A DNA stretch of 64,000 nucleotides. Source: a virus. The notes beneath the pieces are model-generated. The model did not search any database, had not been told where the DNA came from, and saw only the letters and a program-made list of their open reading frames with translations. Below are positions 23,198 to 32,874 of the stretch, one piece after another; within the stretch, counting starts at the first letter, position 1, and each line of letters begins with the position of its first letter. The translations under genes and the position numbers were made by a program. The stretch lies in the UHGV virus genome UHGV-0117053; one strand, 5' to 3'.

Positions 23198-23253
23198 TAC
23201 TTACTCCATTTACTTATAGTTCTATGGAGAAGTATACCCTAATGCATTGACGT

Positions 23254-23895
23254 TTATAGATAATTTCCTTTTCCAGTTAACTCCCCTTTAGGCACCCGTT
23301 TTTGTGCCAGCGTTTGGGTTCCGCGAATTATGTTAATCAGAGGGCTTAGTAACGATGATTCCTGGCGGGCATCAACTTCTCCTGCCATTGCCCTAATGTA
23401 GTCGGCGCTTGCAACGTTGTTATATTCCGTTGCGAAGCAGCATAACAACGTCAGAACGTGCTCTGTCGTTATTTCGCTCCAGTTGATGTTGAAAAATTCA
23501 TCGCCTTTTTTATCGTGTTCGGAATCGAAGATGCTTTGGTGGAGGATGTATTTGCCGGATTCCTTGCGCGGTAACTTGATTGCTTTCTGGCGTTCCAGCT
23601 CCTTATAAATCTGCATTGCCTCATTTAGTACCGGCCTGCCGTTCATGAAGGGATCGCGCAACCTTACACGCTGGCCAACTCGACCAGTAATAAAGCTGTT
23701 TTCCTCTTCCACCAGCACGATAAAACCCTTTTCCTCTTTTTCTCGCAATTCGCGCAGCAGCTGGAGTTCCATATCGCGGCGGCGTTCAGGGTAGCTGGTC
23801 CGCTCAGCCATTATCAGCTCGTTATTGATCCATGCAGCAGTCATTGATGCCGGTTTGCCGACGCTCATCGAAACAACGCATATTTTCTTATCCAT
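23254..23895 (-). CDS. Hypothetical protein (213 aa), possibly the P1 mat equivalent
   Basis: Backbone-like GC; ATG at 23895 preceded by GGGGG; sits between ref and the SIR2 gene on the same strand. Confidence 0.6.
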   Translation of the reverse strand: MDKKICVVSMSVGKPASMTAAWINNELIMAERTSYPERRRDMELQLLRELREKEEKGFIVLVEEENSFITGRVGQRVRLRDPFMNGRPVLNEAMQIYKELERQKAIKLPRKESGKYILHQSIFDSEHDKKGDEFFNINWSEITTEHVLTLLCCFATEYNNVASADYIRAMAGEVDARQESSLLSPLINIIRGTQTLAQKRVPKGELTGKGNYL

Positions 23896-24084
23896 AGCGC
23901 CCCCTACAAAAAAGAAAAGCCACCAGCGGCGGCTTAGCAATACAACTGAAGGTAGCGCCCGGTACTCAGACTGTGCCGTCCATGGAATATTTGAAAAGGG
24001 ATCCATCCGTACCGGGCATGTGATGATTCTGACTGAAGTCACTTGTCAGTTGTCAATTATTTCAGATTAAAAATAATATATTTA

Positions 24085-24645
24085 TTAGTGCATGATGTTT
24101 GCCATCTCATAGGCGTCAGCCAGCAACTCCATCTCTAACTTGTTCAGCAAGGTGAATTCTTTCTTGCCTCCAACCACACCATCGGCATGAACAGGGACCA
24201 GCCAGGGGTATTTTTCTCTTACTTCAGCCGGTGCTGCATGCTGGTGGTGCCATCTACAAAGGGGCAATTGCTTTTTGTGACAACCCGGCGCGGTACGACC
24301 GGAGATATGGTGCAGAGATACCTCTTCAGATATTACTCCATGCATGTAGCAGGCAATGCAGGGGAGAGCGCCAAGAGCATTGGCGATGCGCCGTTCCTCC
24401 GCCGTTGGTGTTCTCCCCTTCAAGCCACGAGATTTTATTTTTACCGCGCTTTTCCGCGTTTTGCTGGCTGGTGGGCGCTCTTTCTGTTTAGCGATACGGC
24501 GGTCGATAGAATCCCGCATTTTCTGATATTGCGATTCTCGCCAAGCGGGGTCAGCCAACTTTTCCCGTTGCCGAGCGATCGCTCGTTCTCTGGCTGCCTT
24601 CTGCCACTCGCGGCGCTGTTCAAGTTTTTGTTCGATTGTTTTCAT
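24085..24645 (-). CDS. ref: Ref, HNH-family recombination enhancement endonuclease
   Basis: 186 aa from MKTIEQKLEQ; HNH-like HHISGRT...CRWHH motifs. Confidence 0.9.
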   Translation of the reverse strand: MKTIEQKLEQRREWQKAARERAIARQREKLADPAWRESQYQKMRDSIDRRIAKQKERPPASKTRKSAVKIKSRGLKGRTPTAEERRIANALGALPCIACYMHGVISEEVSLHHISGRTAPGCHKKQLPLCRWHHQHAAPAEVREKYPWLVPVHADGVVGGKKEFTLLNKLEMELLADAYEMANIMH

Positions 24646-24650
24646 ATGGC

Positions 24651-24676
24651 AAAAAAAAGGCGGCCTAATGGCCGCC
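24651..24676 (-). terminator. GC hairpin plus U8 in the ref leader, 5 nt upstream of the ref ATG
   Basis: Minus-strand GGCGGCC-ATTA-GGCCGCC followed by TTTTTTTT. Confidence 0.5.
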
Positions 24677-24743
24677 AATGATGTCAAGGAGTTAAGTAAT
24701 GGCAACGTCTTCGTAGTTGACAAAAACTGCGGCTTAATTATAG

Positions 24744-24760
24744 CAATCAATTAGAGCAAT
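24744..24760 (-). promoter_or_regulatory. C1 operator upstream of ref (core TTAGAGCAAT conserved)
   Basis: CAATCAATTAGAGCAAT; a second degenerate overlapping copy just upstream. Confidence 0.55.
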
Positions 24761-24891
24761 GGTAGATATTTTGTTAATCGCGAATCACATTTTTTCACTT
24801 CAGTACCTGTGTGCTATACTCCTTCTTGATTGATTGGATGCGGAATACAAACCCGCTCTTTTGTGCAGCCTGGCTCCTTGCCAGGCTTTTT

Positions 24892-25203
24892 TTATTTCAT
24901 CATGGAAGCTGTTAACGCTTTGGATCTTGCTGAACTGATTGAAAGGGCATTGTTTACCTTACCCAGGAGTTCGCCAAATTCCACCATCACTCTAGTAAGC
25001 CCGCGCCGCGCTTCCTCCTCCGTTGCATTCATCACAAAATGTTCAGCACTCCGCATGCTTTTAACGGGGAACGCAACAGATATCGAGTCGATATCAGGCA
25101 TCCTATCGCTCAACTTTACGGTGACAATGACAGATGGTGACTGAATTTGAGAGCTTACAGACAGCACCACATATTTTCCGTCTATTTTGAAATCCTTCCG
25201 CAT
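24892..25203 (-). CDS. cra: Cra-like small protein downstream of cre
   Basis: 103-aa ORF on the cre strand between cre and ref; the opposite-strand ORF is low-complexity. Confidence 0.5.
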   Translation of the reverse strand: MRKDFKIDGKYVVLSVSSQIQSPSVIVTVKLSDRMPDIDSISVAFPVKSMRSAEHFVMNATEEEARRGLTRVMVEFGELLGKVNNALSISSARSKALTASMMK

Positions 25204-25253
25204 GTGTCACCATAAATATCAAATGATTAGAACAATCAAGCGCAAATGAACGG

Positions 25254-26285
25254 CTAATCGCCATCTTCCAGCAGGCGCACCATTGCCCCCGTTTCACTAT
25301 CCAGGTTACGGATATAGTTCATGACAATATTTACGTTGGTCCAGCCACCAGCTTGCATGATCTCCGGTATTGAAACTCCGGCGCGGGCCATATCTCGCGC
25401 GGCTCCGACACGGGCACTGTGTCCAGACCAGGCCAGGTATCTCTGACCAGAGTCATCCTTAGCGCCGTAAATCAATCGATGAGTTGCTTCAAAAATCCCT
25501 TCCAGGGCGCGAGTTGATAGCTGGCTGGTGGCAGATGGCGCGGCAACACCATTTTTTCTGACACGGCAAAACAAGTAGTTATTCGGATCATCAGCCACAC
25601 CAGAGACAGAAATCCATCGCTCGACCAGTTTAGTTACCCCCAGGCTAAGTGCCTTCTCTACACCTGCGGTGCTAACCAGCGTTTTCGTTCTGCCAATATG
25701 GATTAACATTCTCCCACCGTCAGTACGTGAGATATCTTTAACCCTGATCCTGGCAATTTCGGCTATACGTAATAGGGTGTTATAAGCAATCCCCAGAAAT
25801 GCCAGATTACGTATATCCTGGCAGCGATCGCTATTTTCCATGAGTGAACGAACCTGGTCGAAATCAGTGCGTTCGAACGCCAGTGCCTGTTTTGCACGTT
25901 CACCGGCATCAACGTTTTCTTTTCGGATCCGTCGCATGACCAGTGAAACAGCATTACTGTCACTTGGTCGTGGCAGCCCGGACCGACGATGAAGCATGTT
26001 TAGCTGGCCCAAATGTTGCTGGATAGTTTTTACTGCCAGACCGCGCGCCTGAAGATATAGAAGATAATCGCGAACATCTTCAGGTTCTGCGGGAAACCAT
26101 TTCCGGTTATTCAACTTGCACCATGCCGCCCACGATCGGCAAACGGACAGAAGCATTTTCCAGGTATGCTCAGAAAACGCCTGGCGATCCCTGAACATGT
26201 CCATCAGGTTCTTGCGAACCTCATCACTCGTTGCATCGACCGGTAATGCAGGCAAATTTTGGTGTACGGTCAGTAAATTGGACAT
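25254..26285 (-). CDS. cre: Cre site-specific tyrosine recombinase
   Basis: 343 aa beginning MSNLLTVHQNLPALPVDATSDEVRKNLMDMFRDRQAFSEH and ending MVRLLEDGD. Confidence 0.98.
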   Translation of the reverse strand: MSNLLTVHQNLPALPVDATSDEVRKNLMDMFRDRQAFSEHTWKMLLSVCRSWAAWCKLNNRKWFPAEPEDVRDYLLYLQARGLAVKTIQQHLGQLNMLHRRSGLPRPSDSNAVSLVMRRIRKENVDAGERAKQALAFERTDFDQVRSLMENSDRCQDIRNLAFLGIAYNTLLRIAEIARIRVKDISRTDGGRMLIHIGRTKTLVSTAGVEKALSLGVTKLVERWISVSGVADDPNNYLFCRVRKNGVAAPSATSQLSTRALEGIFEATHRLIYGAKDDSGQRYLAWSGHSARVGAARDMARAGVSIPEIMQAGGWTNVNIVMNYIRNLDSETGAMVRLLEDGD

Positions 26286-26292
26286 TTAACAC

Positions 26293-26514
26293 TCAGATAA
26301 TGGTTTTAAGTAAAGTGTACAGGATCGGCTCTGCCTTTACCTGTTTATGGTTCTCGTCATAGAAACGCCAGCGACCGCGCGTGCGTTCTATTTTCTCTTC
26401 ACCGCGCGATAATGACAGTTGACAACTATCACGATCAAACCCTTTTGCCCGCCAGTAACCACGGTTTTTCTCAAGCTCAAGATGAGTGGACACTTTGGCA
26501 GCTGAATATCCCAT
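26293..26514 (-). CDS. Small upstream ORF (73 aa) immediately preceding cre
   Basis: ATG preceded by AGAGGTG RBS and the conserved CCAATCAATCA leader; stop 7 nt before the cre ATG. Confidence 0.4.
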   Translation of the reverse strand: MGYSAAKVSTHLELEKNRGYWRAKGFDRDSCQLSLSRGEEKIERTRGRWRFYDENHKQVKAEPILYTLLKTII

Positions 26515-26702
26515 TTTTCACCTCTGATTGATTGGTGGTGCTAAGTGCGCTACGCGAAATCTGTAGGACTAACACCGCCAACATTTCGCAGATTTTACGT
26601 AGCGCTACCTTGATCAAATGATCAAGTGATCACTATTTGACCTGATAAGGTATTGAACTGTATGGATTTACAGGTAAATTGATCATGTTCAATAACCCTT
26701 AA

Positions 26703-26736
26703 GATAACTTCGTATAATGTATGCTATACGAAGTTA
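26703..26736 (+). other. loxP: loxP recombination site
   Basis: Exact 34-bp ATAACTTCGTATA-ATGTATGC-TATACGAAGTTAT. Confidence 0.97.
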
Positions 26737-26780
26737 TTAGGTCTGAAGAGGAGTTTACGTCCAGCTGCGCATAAAAATCA

Positions 26781-26797
26781 AGAATTATTAGAGCAAT
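26781..26797 (-). promoter_or_regulatory. C1 operator (immC region)
   Basis: AGAATTATTAGAGCAAT, 2 mismatches to consensus. Confidence 0.7.
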
Positions 26798-26863
26798 AAA
26801 TTTTGAGAGAAAAATCCCACTCCACCAGCCAAAAACTGGATTGTTTTTCATAGTTGTTTGACA

Positions 26864-26880
26864 ATTGCTCTAATAAATTA
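26864..26880 (+). promoter_or_regulatory. C1 operator (immC region)
   Basis: ATTGCTCTAATAAATTA, near-perfect consensus, upstream of coi-c1. Confidence 0.8.
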
Positions 26881-27118
26881 TAGTTTTGCCGCCGTTTCGT
26901 AATACGACTTTGGATTCACTATTTAATGTGTCTTCAGCGTTGTAGAGCGGCTCAGAAGGAAATGAGCAAACAGGGAAACCTTATACAACGGCATTACAGC
27001 TATGCATTGCTCATCTTACACACAGCGCAATGTTGTTAGATTACCCCAGCATGGATCATGGGTGAAACAGTAGGTCAGAGCTTCAGGCTCTGTGTTGTCA
27101 ATACAGTGAGGCATAATT

Positions 27119-27328
27119 ATGGCTTTCATTCCACCAACCATCGACGACGTTAGACATTGCTCTAACGCTTTATCTGTAGACCCTGCCGAAACCGACGCTG
27201 CCCGCGCCATTGCTGAACACTACTCAAAGATATCCAATCAGGAGTACCGCATCACCCAAGACGACCTGGATGATCTCACTGACACAATCGAATATCTCAT
27301 GGCCACTAACCAGCCAGACTCACAATAA
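27119..27328 (+). CDS. coi: Coi, C1 inactivator
   Basis: 69 aa directly upstream of c1. Confidence 0.9.
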   Translation: MAFIPPTIDDVRHCSNALSVDPAETDAARAIAEHYSKISNQEYRITQDDLDDLTDTIEYLMATNQPDSQ

Positions 27329-27438
27329 ATGCACTAATAAATCTATTATTTTCGTTGGATCCTTCTATAATGGTGGCCAACAACTCCCAGTGTAATCCGC
27401 TGTGAGTTGTTGGCCATGTCAATTCTGGAGGAGGATCA

Positions 27439-28290
27439 ATGATAAATTATGTCTACGGCGAACAACTGTACCAGGAGTTCGTCAGCTTCAGGGATCTCTT
27501 TCTAAAAAAAGCTGTTGCACGCGCCCAACACGTTGATGCCGCCAGCGACGGTCGTCCTGTACGCCCGGTTGTCGTTCTACCGTTCAAAGAAACGGACAGC
27601 ATTCAGGCTGAAATTGATAAATGGACTTTAATGGCGCGGGAACTGGAACAGTACCCAGACCTCAATATCCCAAAGACTATTTTATATCCTGTGCCTAACA
27701 TCCTTCGCGGTGTGCGTAAGGTTACGACTTATCAGACAGAAGCTGTGAACAGCGTCAACATGACCGCTGGCCGCATTATTCATCTGATTGATAAGGACAT
27801 TCGCATCCAGAAAAGCGCGGGGATCAATGAGCACAGTGCGAAATACATAGAGAACCTGGAAGCAACAAAAGAGCTAATGAAGCAGTACCCGGAGGATGAA
27901 AAATTCCGTATGCGTGTACACGGCTTTAGCGAAACAATGCTGCGCGTCCACTACATTTCCAGTAGCCCTAACTACAATGATGGTAAATCAGTTAGTTACC
28001 ATGTGCCGCTGTGTGGTGTGTTTATCTGCGATGAAACTCTCCGTGATGGAATCATCATCAACGGTGAATTCGAGAAAGCAAAATTTAGCCTTTATGACTC
28101 CATAGAACCGATCATCTGCGACCGCTGGCCGCAGGCAAAAATATATCGCCTGGCAGATATTGAAAATGTAAAAAAACAAATTGCCATCACTCGCGAAGAG
28201 AAAAAGGTCAAATCAGCCGCATCAGTTACGCGCAGCCGTAAAACTAAGAAGGGGCAGCCGGTAAACGACAACCCCGAAAGCGCGCAATAG
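27439..28290 (+). CDS. c1: C1 master repressor
   Basis: 283 aa beginning MINYVYGEQLYQEFVSFRDLFLKKAVARAQ. Confidence 0.96.
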   Translation: MINYVYGEQLYQEFVSFRDLFLKKAVARAQHVDAASDGRPVRPVVVLPFKETDSIQAEIDKWTLMARELEQYPDLNIPKTILYPVPNILRGVRKVTTYQTEAVNSVNMTAGRIIHLIDKDIRIQKSAGINEHSAKYIENLEATKELMKQYPEDEKFRMRVHGFSETMLRVHYISSSPNYNDGKSVSYHVPLCGVFICDETLRDGIIINGEFEKAKFSLYDSIEPIICDRWPQAKIYRLADIENVKKQIAITREEKKVKSAASVTRSRKTKKGQPVNDNPESAQ

Positions 28291-28314
28291 TTTCTATCCG
28301 GCATGGTCAATGAG

Positions 28315-29799
28315 TTATTCATTAAGCCATGCCAGAGCTTCATCAACCTGCGCTTCGTCTTCGATGCTAAGCACTTCATCCTGGGGAACATAATCCGCCA
28401 GCATAGCGAAACAATATGTATCCCAATGGTCTGGTGAGTGCAGGTTGAGTTTTTTCTTCATATCCTCCTTACTCATCACCTTCCATTGACCTGCGGAGTT
28501 AATCCCTACAGGGATTTTCGACGCTTCCTCAATAGTTTCATTACCCTTATCCAGTCTCATACGACCAGATTTTACGGCCTCTGCGGCTTGAACGTTGGCA
28601 TAAGCACGTTTATCAAAGTACAGGCTCTTATCTTCACGGCTATGCATCTTTTTACCCCAGCGTATACGCTGTACGGTAATACCATAATACTCGTACATCA
28701 GATCCGCCGTTGCTTTACCCAGGCCATCGCCGTCTATCGCTATGGTGATATTTGGGAATCGCTCAGGATTGCATTCTGCGAAAATTTTGGCGGCAAGCTG
28801 CGTTTCTGTAACGTCTGTGTATTCCAGCATTCGATAGTTGATTACACGGCGTTTATTTCGCTGGCCGGACACCATCATGATATTGATAACGGACTTATCC
28901 CGTCCCGTACCACCAGCAACGTCCACACATGCAAGCCAGCCCCATCCTTTGGCAATCTTGACTTTCCGCCGCGTTGCACGTTCAACCTCATCACGTCCAA
29001 GAAGGAAGCCATCCTGTGATTTAGGGAATAGGCCGCGTACCTTAATCATGTACATAGGGTTATCACGCCCGCCGTACTCCGCCAGCTTCATTTTGATAAA
29101 TGCTGGCGTTACCAGCGGTGATTCCTCACTGTTAAGCGTGATCGCCGTATAAACGCCATCAGGGTTACCAGGACGCTTGGCCAGTTTATGGTGAGTATCG
29201 TAGAAGTAGCCGCTTGGGCGTGTAGGCTGTGACAGTAATAAGATGCGGTTATCCTGTCCGGTAAGAGCACCGGTGATGATACCGAAAGCTCTATCACTGA
29301 CACCGGAGGCTTCATCGATAATATACAGAAGATGATCTGCGTGTTCACCGGCGAGAGCTTCTTCACTTCCCAGACGAAAGCCCTTCGGTACTACAGTCCA
29401 TACACCTTTACCAGTAACCTCATAGAAAGCGGTTTCTGTCAGAACAAAATAATCAGCAAGCCATGGAAAACGGCTGGTGGCAGTAGCCCAGTTTATCTTG
29501 ATGTACTTGAATATACCGGTCATTACCTGCTGAATTTTGTTCGCAACGATAATGGCGCGGGCACCGGGATACATGATTATGAACAACATGATCATGATAG
29601 AAGTCATATCTGATTTCCCGGTACCGTGACCAGACGAAACAGATGTCTTGCTACCCTGTTCCTGCACAGACTCAATAATCAGATCCTGCTGCCAGGTAGG
29701 TGTTTTGCCGAACAAAACATCAGCGGCAGCAATCCAGTCATAACGATATAGCGCCACCAGCTCGCGCCAACGTGGATCCGTTACGCAACTTCTGGCCAT
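28315..29799 (-). CDS. pacB: PacB terminase large subunit
   Basis: 494 aa with ATPase-like segments; directly downstream of pacA. Confidence 0.9.
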   Translation of the reverse strand: MARSCVTDPRWRELVALYRYDWIAAADVLFGKTPTWQQDLIIESVQEQGSKTSVSSGHGTGKSDMTSIMIMLFIIMYPGARAIIVANKIQQVMTGIFKYIKINWATATSRFPWLADYFVLTETAFYEVTGKGVWTVVPKGFRLGSEEALAGEHADHLLYIIDEASGVSDRAFGIITGALTGQDNRILLLSQPTRPSGYFYDTHHKLAKRPGNPDGVYTAITLNSEESPLVTPAFIKMKLAEYGGRDNPMYMIKVRGLFPKSQDGFLLGRDEVERATRRKVKIAKGWGWLACVDVAGGTGRDKSVINIMMVSGQRNKRRVINYRMLEYTDVTETQLAAKIFAECNPERFPNITIAIDGDGLGKATADLMYEYYGITVQRIRWGKKMHSREDKSLYFDKRAYANVQAAEAVKSGRMRLDKGNETIEEASKIPVGINSAGQWKVMSKEDMKKKLNLHSPDHWDTYCFAMLADYVPQDEVLSIEDEAQVDEALAWLNE

Positions 29800-30992
29800 T
29801 AATCATCATCCCCGTATAGCTTGCGGGTAACTTCTTCGTCTTCCTCCTCGTCTTCGTCCAGGTCTTGTTCCAGCCATGGGTCGTTTGATACACCTTCAGT
29901 ATCAACATCTCCATAACCGCCTGTATCAACGATATCGGCGATTTCTTCCCTACGCTGCTCAATCCACAATGCGGCATCGGCGCGGCGGTTGGCGGCCCGT
30001 TCTCGCGCAACTTTGTCCAGATCTTCAAGAGAAGGGCCACCGACGGCTGTTTGCCTTTCCTCATCATCGGTATTGGTCTTAGGAGCACGCAGATCGGCTT
30101 TGATTTGCTCCAGCATCAGGGGCGGCACTTTCCCGCCATGCGCCTCAATGAATTCAGCTGCTTCCAGCACTGACCAGTTATTTTCACGCTTTCGTTCGTA
30201 TGCCAGCTTAACAATGCCAGCTTGCCCCATAGACAAAGCGTGCTTTTCCGCCTCCCGGCTTTCTTTTCGATAGTTATTCCGGATGCTGTAAATGGTGTTG
30301 ATCAGGCTGCTTATCTGCGCGGAACAGCTGTTTAGCATGCTCGCGATACGGTATTCAGGCGGAGTACCTTCATCATCGTCTTTTTGCTGATCGCGCATTT
30401 CCTGCACCAGGCGAATACACGTATCCCTGGCGTTCTCCAGCATAAGGAGATGAGAGAGAGACTTTTCCAGAAGAGTGGTTTCCAGAACATCAGCCCCGGA
30501 CCGACGCAACATAGCGCGCGCGGCCTTCCGCGCTTCAACGTTATCTATCAGGTAATCGCCAGCTTCGAATTCAAAGCGTTCACCATCATCATCCAGGGTG
30601 TCGCGTTCCAGGCGATCACGTAAGGTCCGGTGGGCGCGGGTGATCACGTCATGATCATCAGAACGATCATTTATGCGCTTATTCTGGCGCTTCGCGTTCT
30701 CGACTGCGGCACTGACAACAGCATTAACTCTTTGTTTTTCAGCCATTTCAGCCACAACGTGATCACCTGCACGTTGATCATTAGCGTGATCAATGATCAT
30801 GCTTTTTAGTGGTTTTCTGACAGGCTTATTTGGCTTACGGCTGTCCGCTGTTCCGGTGTCTTCTTTGAATGCACGGAGATAACGACGTGCGGTGTTTGGG
30901 TTGAGATTAAACTCGGCGGCATATTGTGCGATGGTGTAACCACCATCTCGCGCCAGGCGAGCAAAATTCTTCTTGTGATCGTCCCAGGTCAC
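29799..30992 (-). CDS. pacA: PacA terminase small subunit / pac recognition
   Basis: 397 aa; contains the GATC-hexamer pac site within its coding sequence. Confidence 0.9.
   Translation of the reverse strand: MTWDDHKKNFARLARDGGYTIAQYAAEFNLNPNTARRYLRAFKEDTGTADSRKPNKPVRKPLKSMIIDHANDQRAGDHVVAEMAEKQRVNAVVSAAVENAKRQNKRINDRSDDHDVITRAHRTLRDRLERDTLDDDGERFEFEAGDYLIDNVEARKAARAMLRRSGADVLETTLLEKSLSHLLMLENARDTCIRLVQEMRDQQKDDDEGTPPEYRIASMLNSCSAQISSLINTIYSIRNNYRKESREAEKHALSMGQAGIVKLAYERKRENNWSVLEAAEFIEAHGGKVPPLMLEQIKADLRAPKTNTDDEERQTAVGGPSLEDLDKVARERAANRRADAALWIEQRREEIADIVDTGGYGDVDTEGVSNDPWLEQDLDEDEEEDEEVTRKLYGDDD
30612..30799. other. pac: pac packaging site (two clusters of TGATC(A/G)-type Dam hexamers)
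   Basis: Four GATC hexamers at 30612-30668 and four at 30760-30799 separated by about 90 bp, inside pacA. Confidence 0.75.
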
Positions 30993-31078
30993 TTATGCTT
31001 CCTTTCGTATAAAACTCTTTTTGACGCGAGGGTAACGAAAGTCACATGTCAAAAGGCCCGGAACGGGCAAGCAATCAA

Positions 31079-31531
31079 TCAGATACGTGCGGATGTGGCA
31101 TTACCGTAATGACGGTGCTGACGGACCACCTTATTGAAAAGTTGACGCGCCATCACCCAAGGCTGGTGCTCCCGGCGTTCCTTTTCGTCCTGCGTCATAT
31201 AGAGTTCGTTCTGGAGTTTTTCATCAAACCGGCGCGGAGCGCGGCTGCGGCGAAAGAATTCAGGATTCAGAGAGTGGATCTGAAATCTACGTGGGCGTGT
31301 ACTGTCATCAATCAAAACAGACGAATACTTAGACACAGCGATAGCCTTTAAGCGCAGATAAACATCGCGCTTATCGACATCCAGATGCGGGTATTCCTTT
31401 TCAAGAATTGCTGCGAGTTCTTTCGCTGATAGAAGAGATTTAGTGCGGATCATGTAATCCGCAATCTCGTACGATGTTATTCGTGAGTGATTTATTTCCA
31501 TGAAGTGGCGTCCCTGCCAGTTAAGTAACAT
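31079..31531 (-). CDS. lpa: Lpa late promoter activator
   Basis: 150 aa immediately upstream of pacA with a C1 operator in front. Confidence 0.8.
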   Translation of the reverse strand: MLLNWQGRHFMEINHSRITSYEIADYMIRTKSLLSAKELAAILEKEYPHLDVDKRDVYLRLKAIAVSKYSSVLIDDSTRPRRFQIHSLNPEFFRRSRAPRRFDEKLQNELYMTQDEKERREHQPWVMARQLFNKVVRQHRHYGNATSARI

Positions 31532-31601
31532 CCTGTCACCTACTGATTAGCCCATGTCAACTAATCAACGTCGAATATAATACCCTCGATTAAAGAAATA
31601 G

Positions 31602-31618
31602 CAATACATTAGAGCAAT
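31602..31618 (-). promoter_or_regulatory. C1 operator upstream of lpa
   Basis: CAATACATTAGAGCAAT, core conserved. Confidence 0.6.
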
Positions 31619-31619
31619 T

Positions 31620-32663
31620 TTATCTAACGCTCGACGAATGACTTGTGATAGCGCCGACTCCAAGCGCGTAATCAAAGAACAATCGTTGATGCATCGCCAG
31701 CCTACCGTGCGTCTTCTCCCAATTATCGCGGTCACGCTCAATATCACGCTGGCATGACTGGCACAGAGGAATAGCATAAATGTCATGCGCGCATAATCGA
31801 CTATGACGAACGATATAAGGCGTAATGTGAGCGCCAGCTCCCGCAGCTCCACAGCCACAGCATGGACGGGAAGCCACAAAGTCCATGTACTCGGGCAATT
31901 TTAGCGATTGAAGTTTTGGTATTTTGAAATGCGCCATACCTGGGTCGGAGTCAACATCCACAGGGCATACTTTTGCACGCATCGGCGCGGCGCGTTCTTC
32001 CATCATCTGAACATATGCTGTAGCGCGATCGTCATACGGGCGAATATCCGCCTCTTTCAGAGGTCCGCTATCCTGCGGAGTAGCCTTCATCTTATTTATT
32101 GATATGCGGCAGACTTCTTCCGGCATCAGGTGCATCATGTTGCGCATGAAAGCCCACCAGCACAGCTCCTGAATACTTAAATCATGGCTATTTGAAAGGC
32201 CCATTTCCTGACGGGCGACATCCAGTATCCAGTTAACGCGATTATTGTGCAGCGTTTCTTTCAGCTCATTAAAACCACGCATCCGATAATGGTTATCGTG
32301 ATGCCAGCACAACAACACCGCGCTATTGTCTCGTTCAGCGTGGACAATATGGTTGTCACACCAACTACGATCTGCGGCCTGGCATTGACCCTCTTTCTTA
32401 CGCAACCACGTCACCAGCGCGTCAATTCCACCAATACGGCGAAACAGTTCATCGCTGTTAAAAAACGGCTGCAACGCCTCATTTGTTGCCATGGTTTGCT
32501 CGGTAACAACGAGGCCGTCTTCCATGTGCTCGATTAACTCACGCGGCACCGGCTCCATAATAAATTTACGGCCAGCCTCCACCAGCTTTCTGACCTCCTG
32601 ATCCACTTTGAACGTGGCGAGGCCAAGCTCTTTCTGTACAAAGGGAGTAATTATGGCTTTCAC
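31620..32663 (-). CDS. pdcB: PdcB-like protein (Cys-rich C-terminus)
   Basis: 347 aa downstream of the phd-doc module. Confidence 0.6.
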   Translation of the reverse strand: MKAIITPFVQKELGLATFKVDQEVRKLVEAGRKFIMEPVPRELIEHMEDGLVVTEQTMATNEALQPFFNSDELFRRIGGIDALVTWLRKKEGQCQAADRSWCDNHIVHAERDNSAVLLCWHHDNHYRMRGFNELKETLHNNRVNWILDVARQEMGLSNSHDLSIQELCWWAFMRNMMHLMPEEVCRISINKMKATPQDSGPLKEADIRPYDDRATAYVQMMEERAAPMRAKVCPVDVDSDPGMAHFKIPKLQSLKLPEYMDFVASRPCCGCGAAGAGAHITPYIVRHSRLCAHDIYAIPLCQSCQRDIERDRDNWEKTHGRLAMHQRLFFDYALGVGAITSHSSSVR

Positions 32664-32690
32664 ATCACACCTTTAATCACTGATTGGGCT

Positions 32691-32870
32691 TTATCTGCTG
32701 CCCGGCATTCTCTGTTTAAGCACAACCATTTCCTGACGGCATAACACAGCAATAGCGGTCCTGACTCCAATTTGCTTACCAACCAGGTATTGCTTTACCT
32801 TGCGGCGGCTCACGCCATCAAGAAGCATCTTTAACGCTTCACGGGACAACTTGTTGTATTTACGTGCCAT
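32691..32870 (-). CDS. pdcA: PdcA-like small protein
   Basis: about 59 aa basic ORF between doc and pdcB. Confidence 0.45.
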   Translation of the reverse strand: MARKYNKLSREALKMLLDGVSRRKVKQYLVGKQIGVRTAIAVLCRQEMVVLKQRMPGSR

Positions 32871-32874
32871 TAAT

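Noticed and set aside
23254-23895. TIR-domain (ThsB-like) identity for the 213-aa protein
   Set aside because: Only the first beta-strand-like KICVVSMS resembles a TIR start; no conserved catalytic glutamate context was recognisable by eye.
24830-25144. Plus-strand 104-aa ORF opposite cra
   Set aside because: Ser-rich low-complexity translation that runs through a strong plus-strand terminator; the minus-strand ORF is the better coding candidate.
21847-25203. Type III restriction-modification genes (res/mod) or an IS element at the lxc-ref locus
   Set aside because: No ORF in the interval has helicase, methyltransferase or transposase motifs; the locus holds only the SIR2-like gene and a 213-aa gene.
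31046-31351. Plus-strand 101-aa ORF antisense to lpa
   Set aside because: Overlaps lpa and its operator/promoter region; no RBS; likely a shadow ORF.
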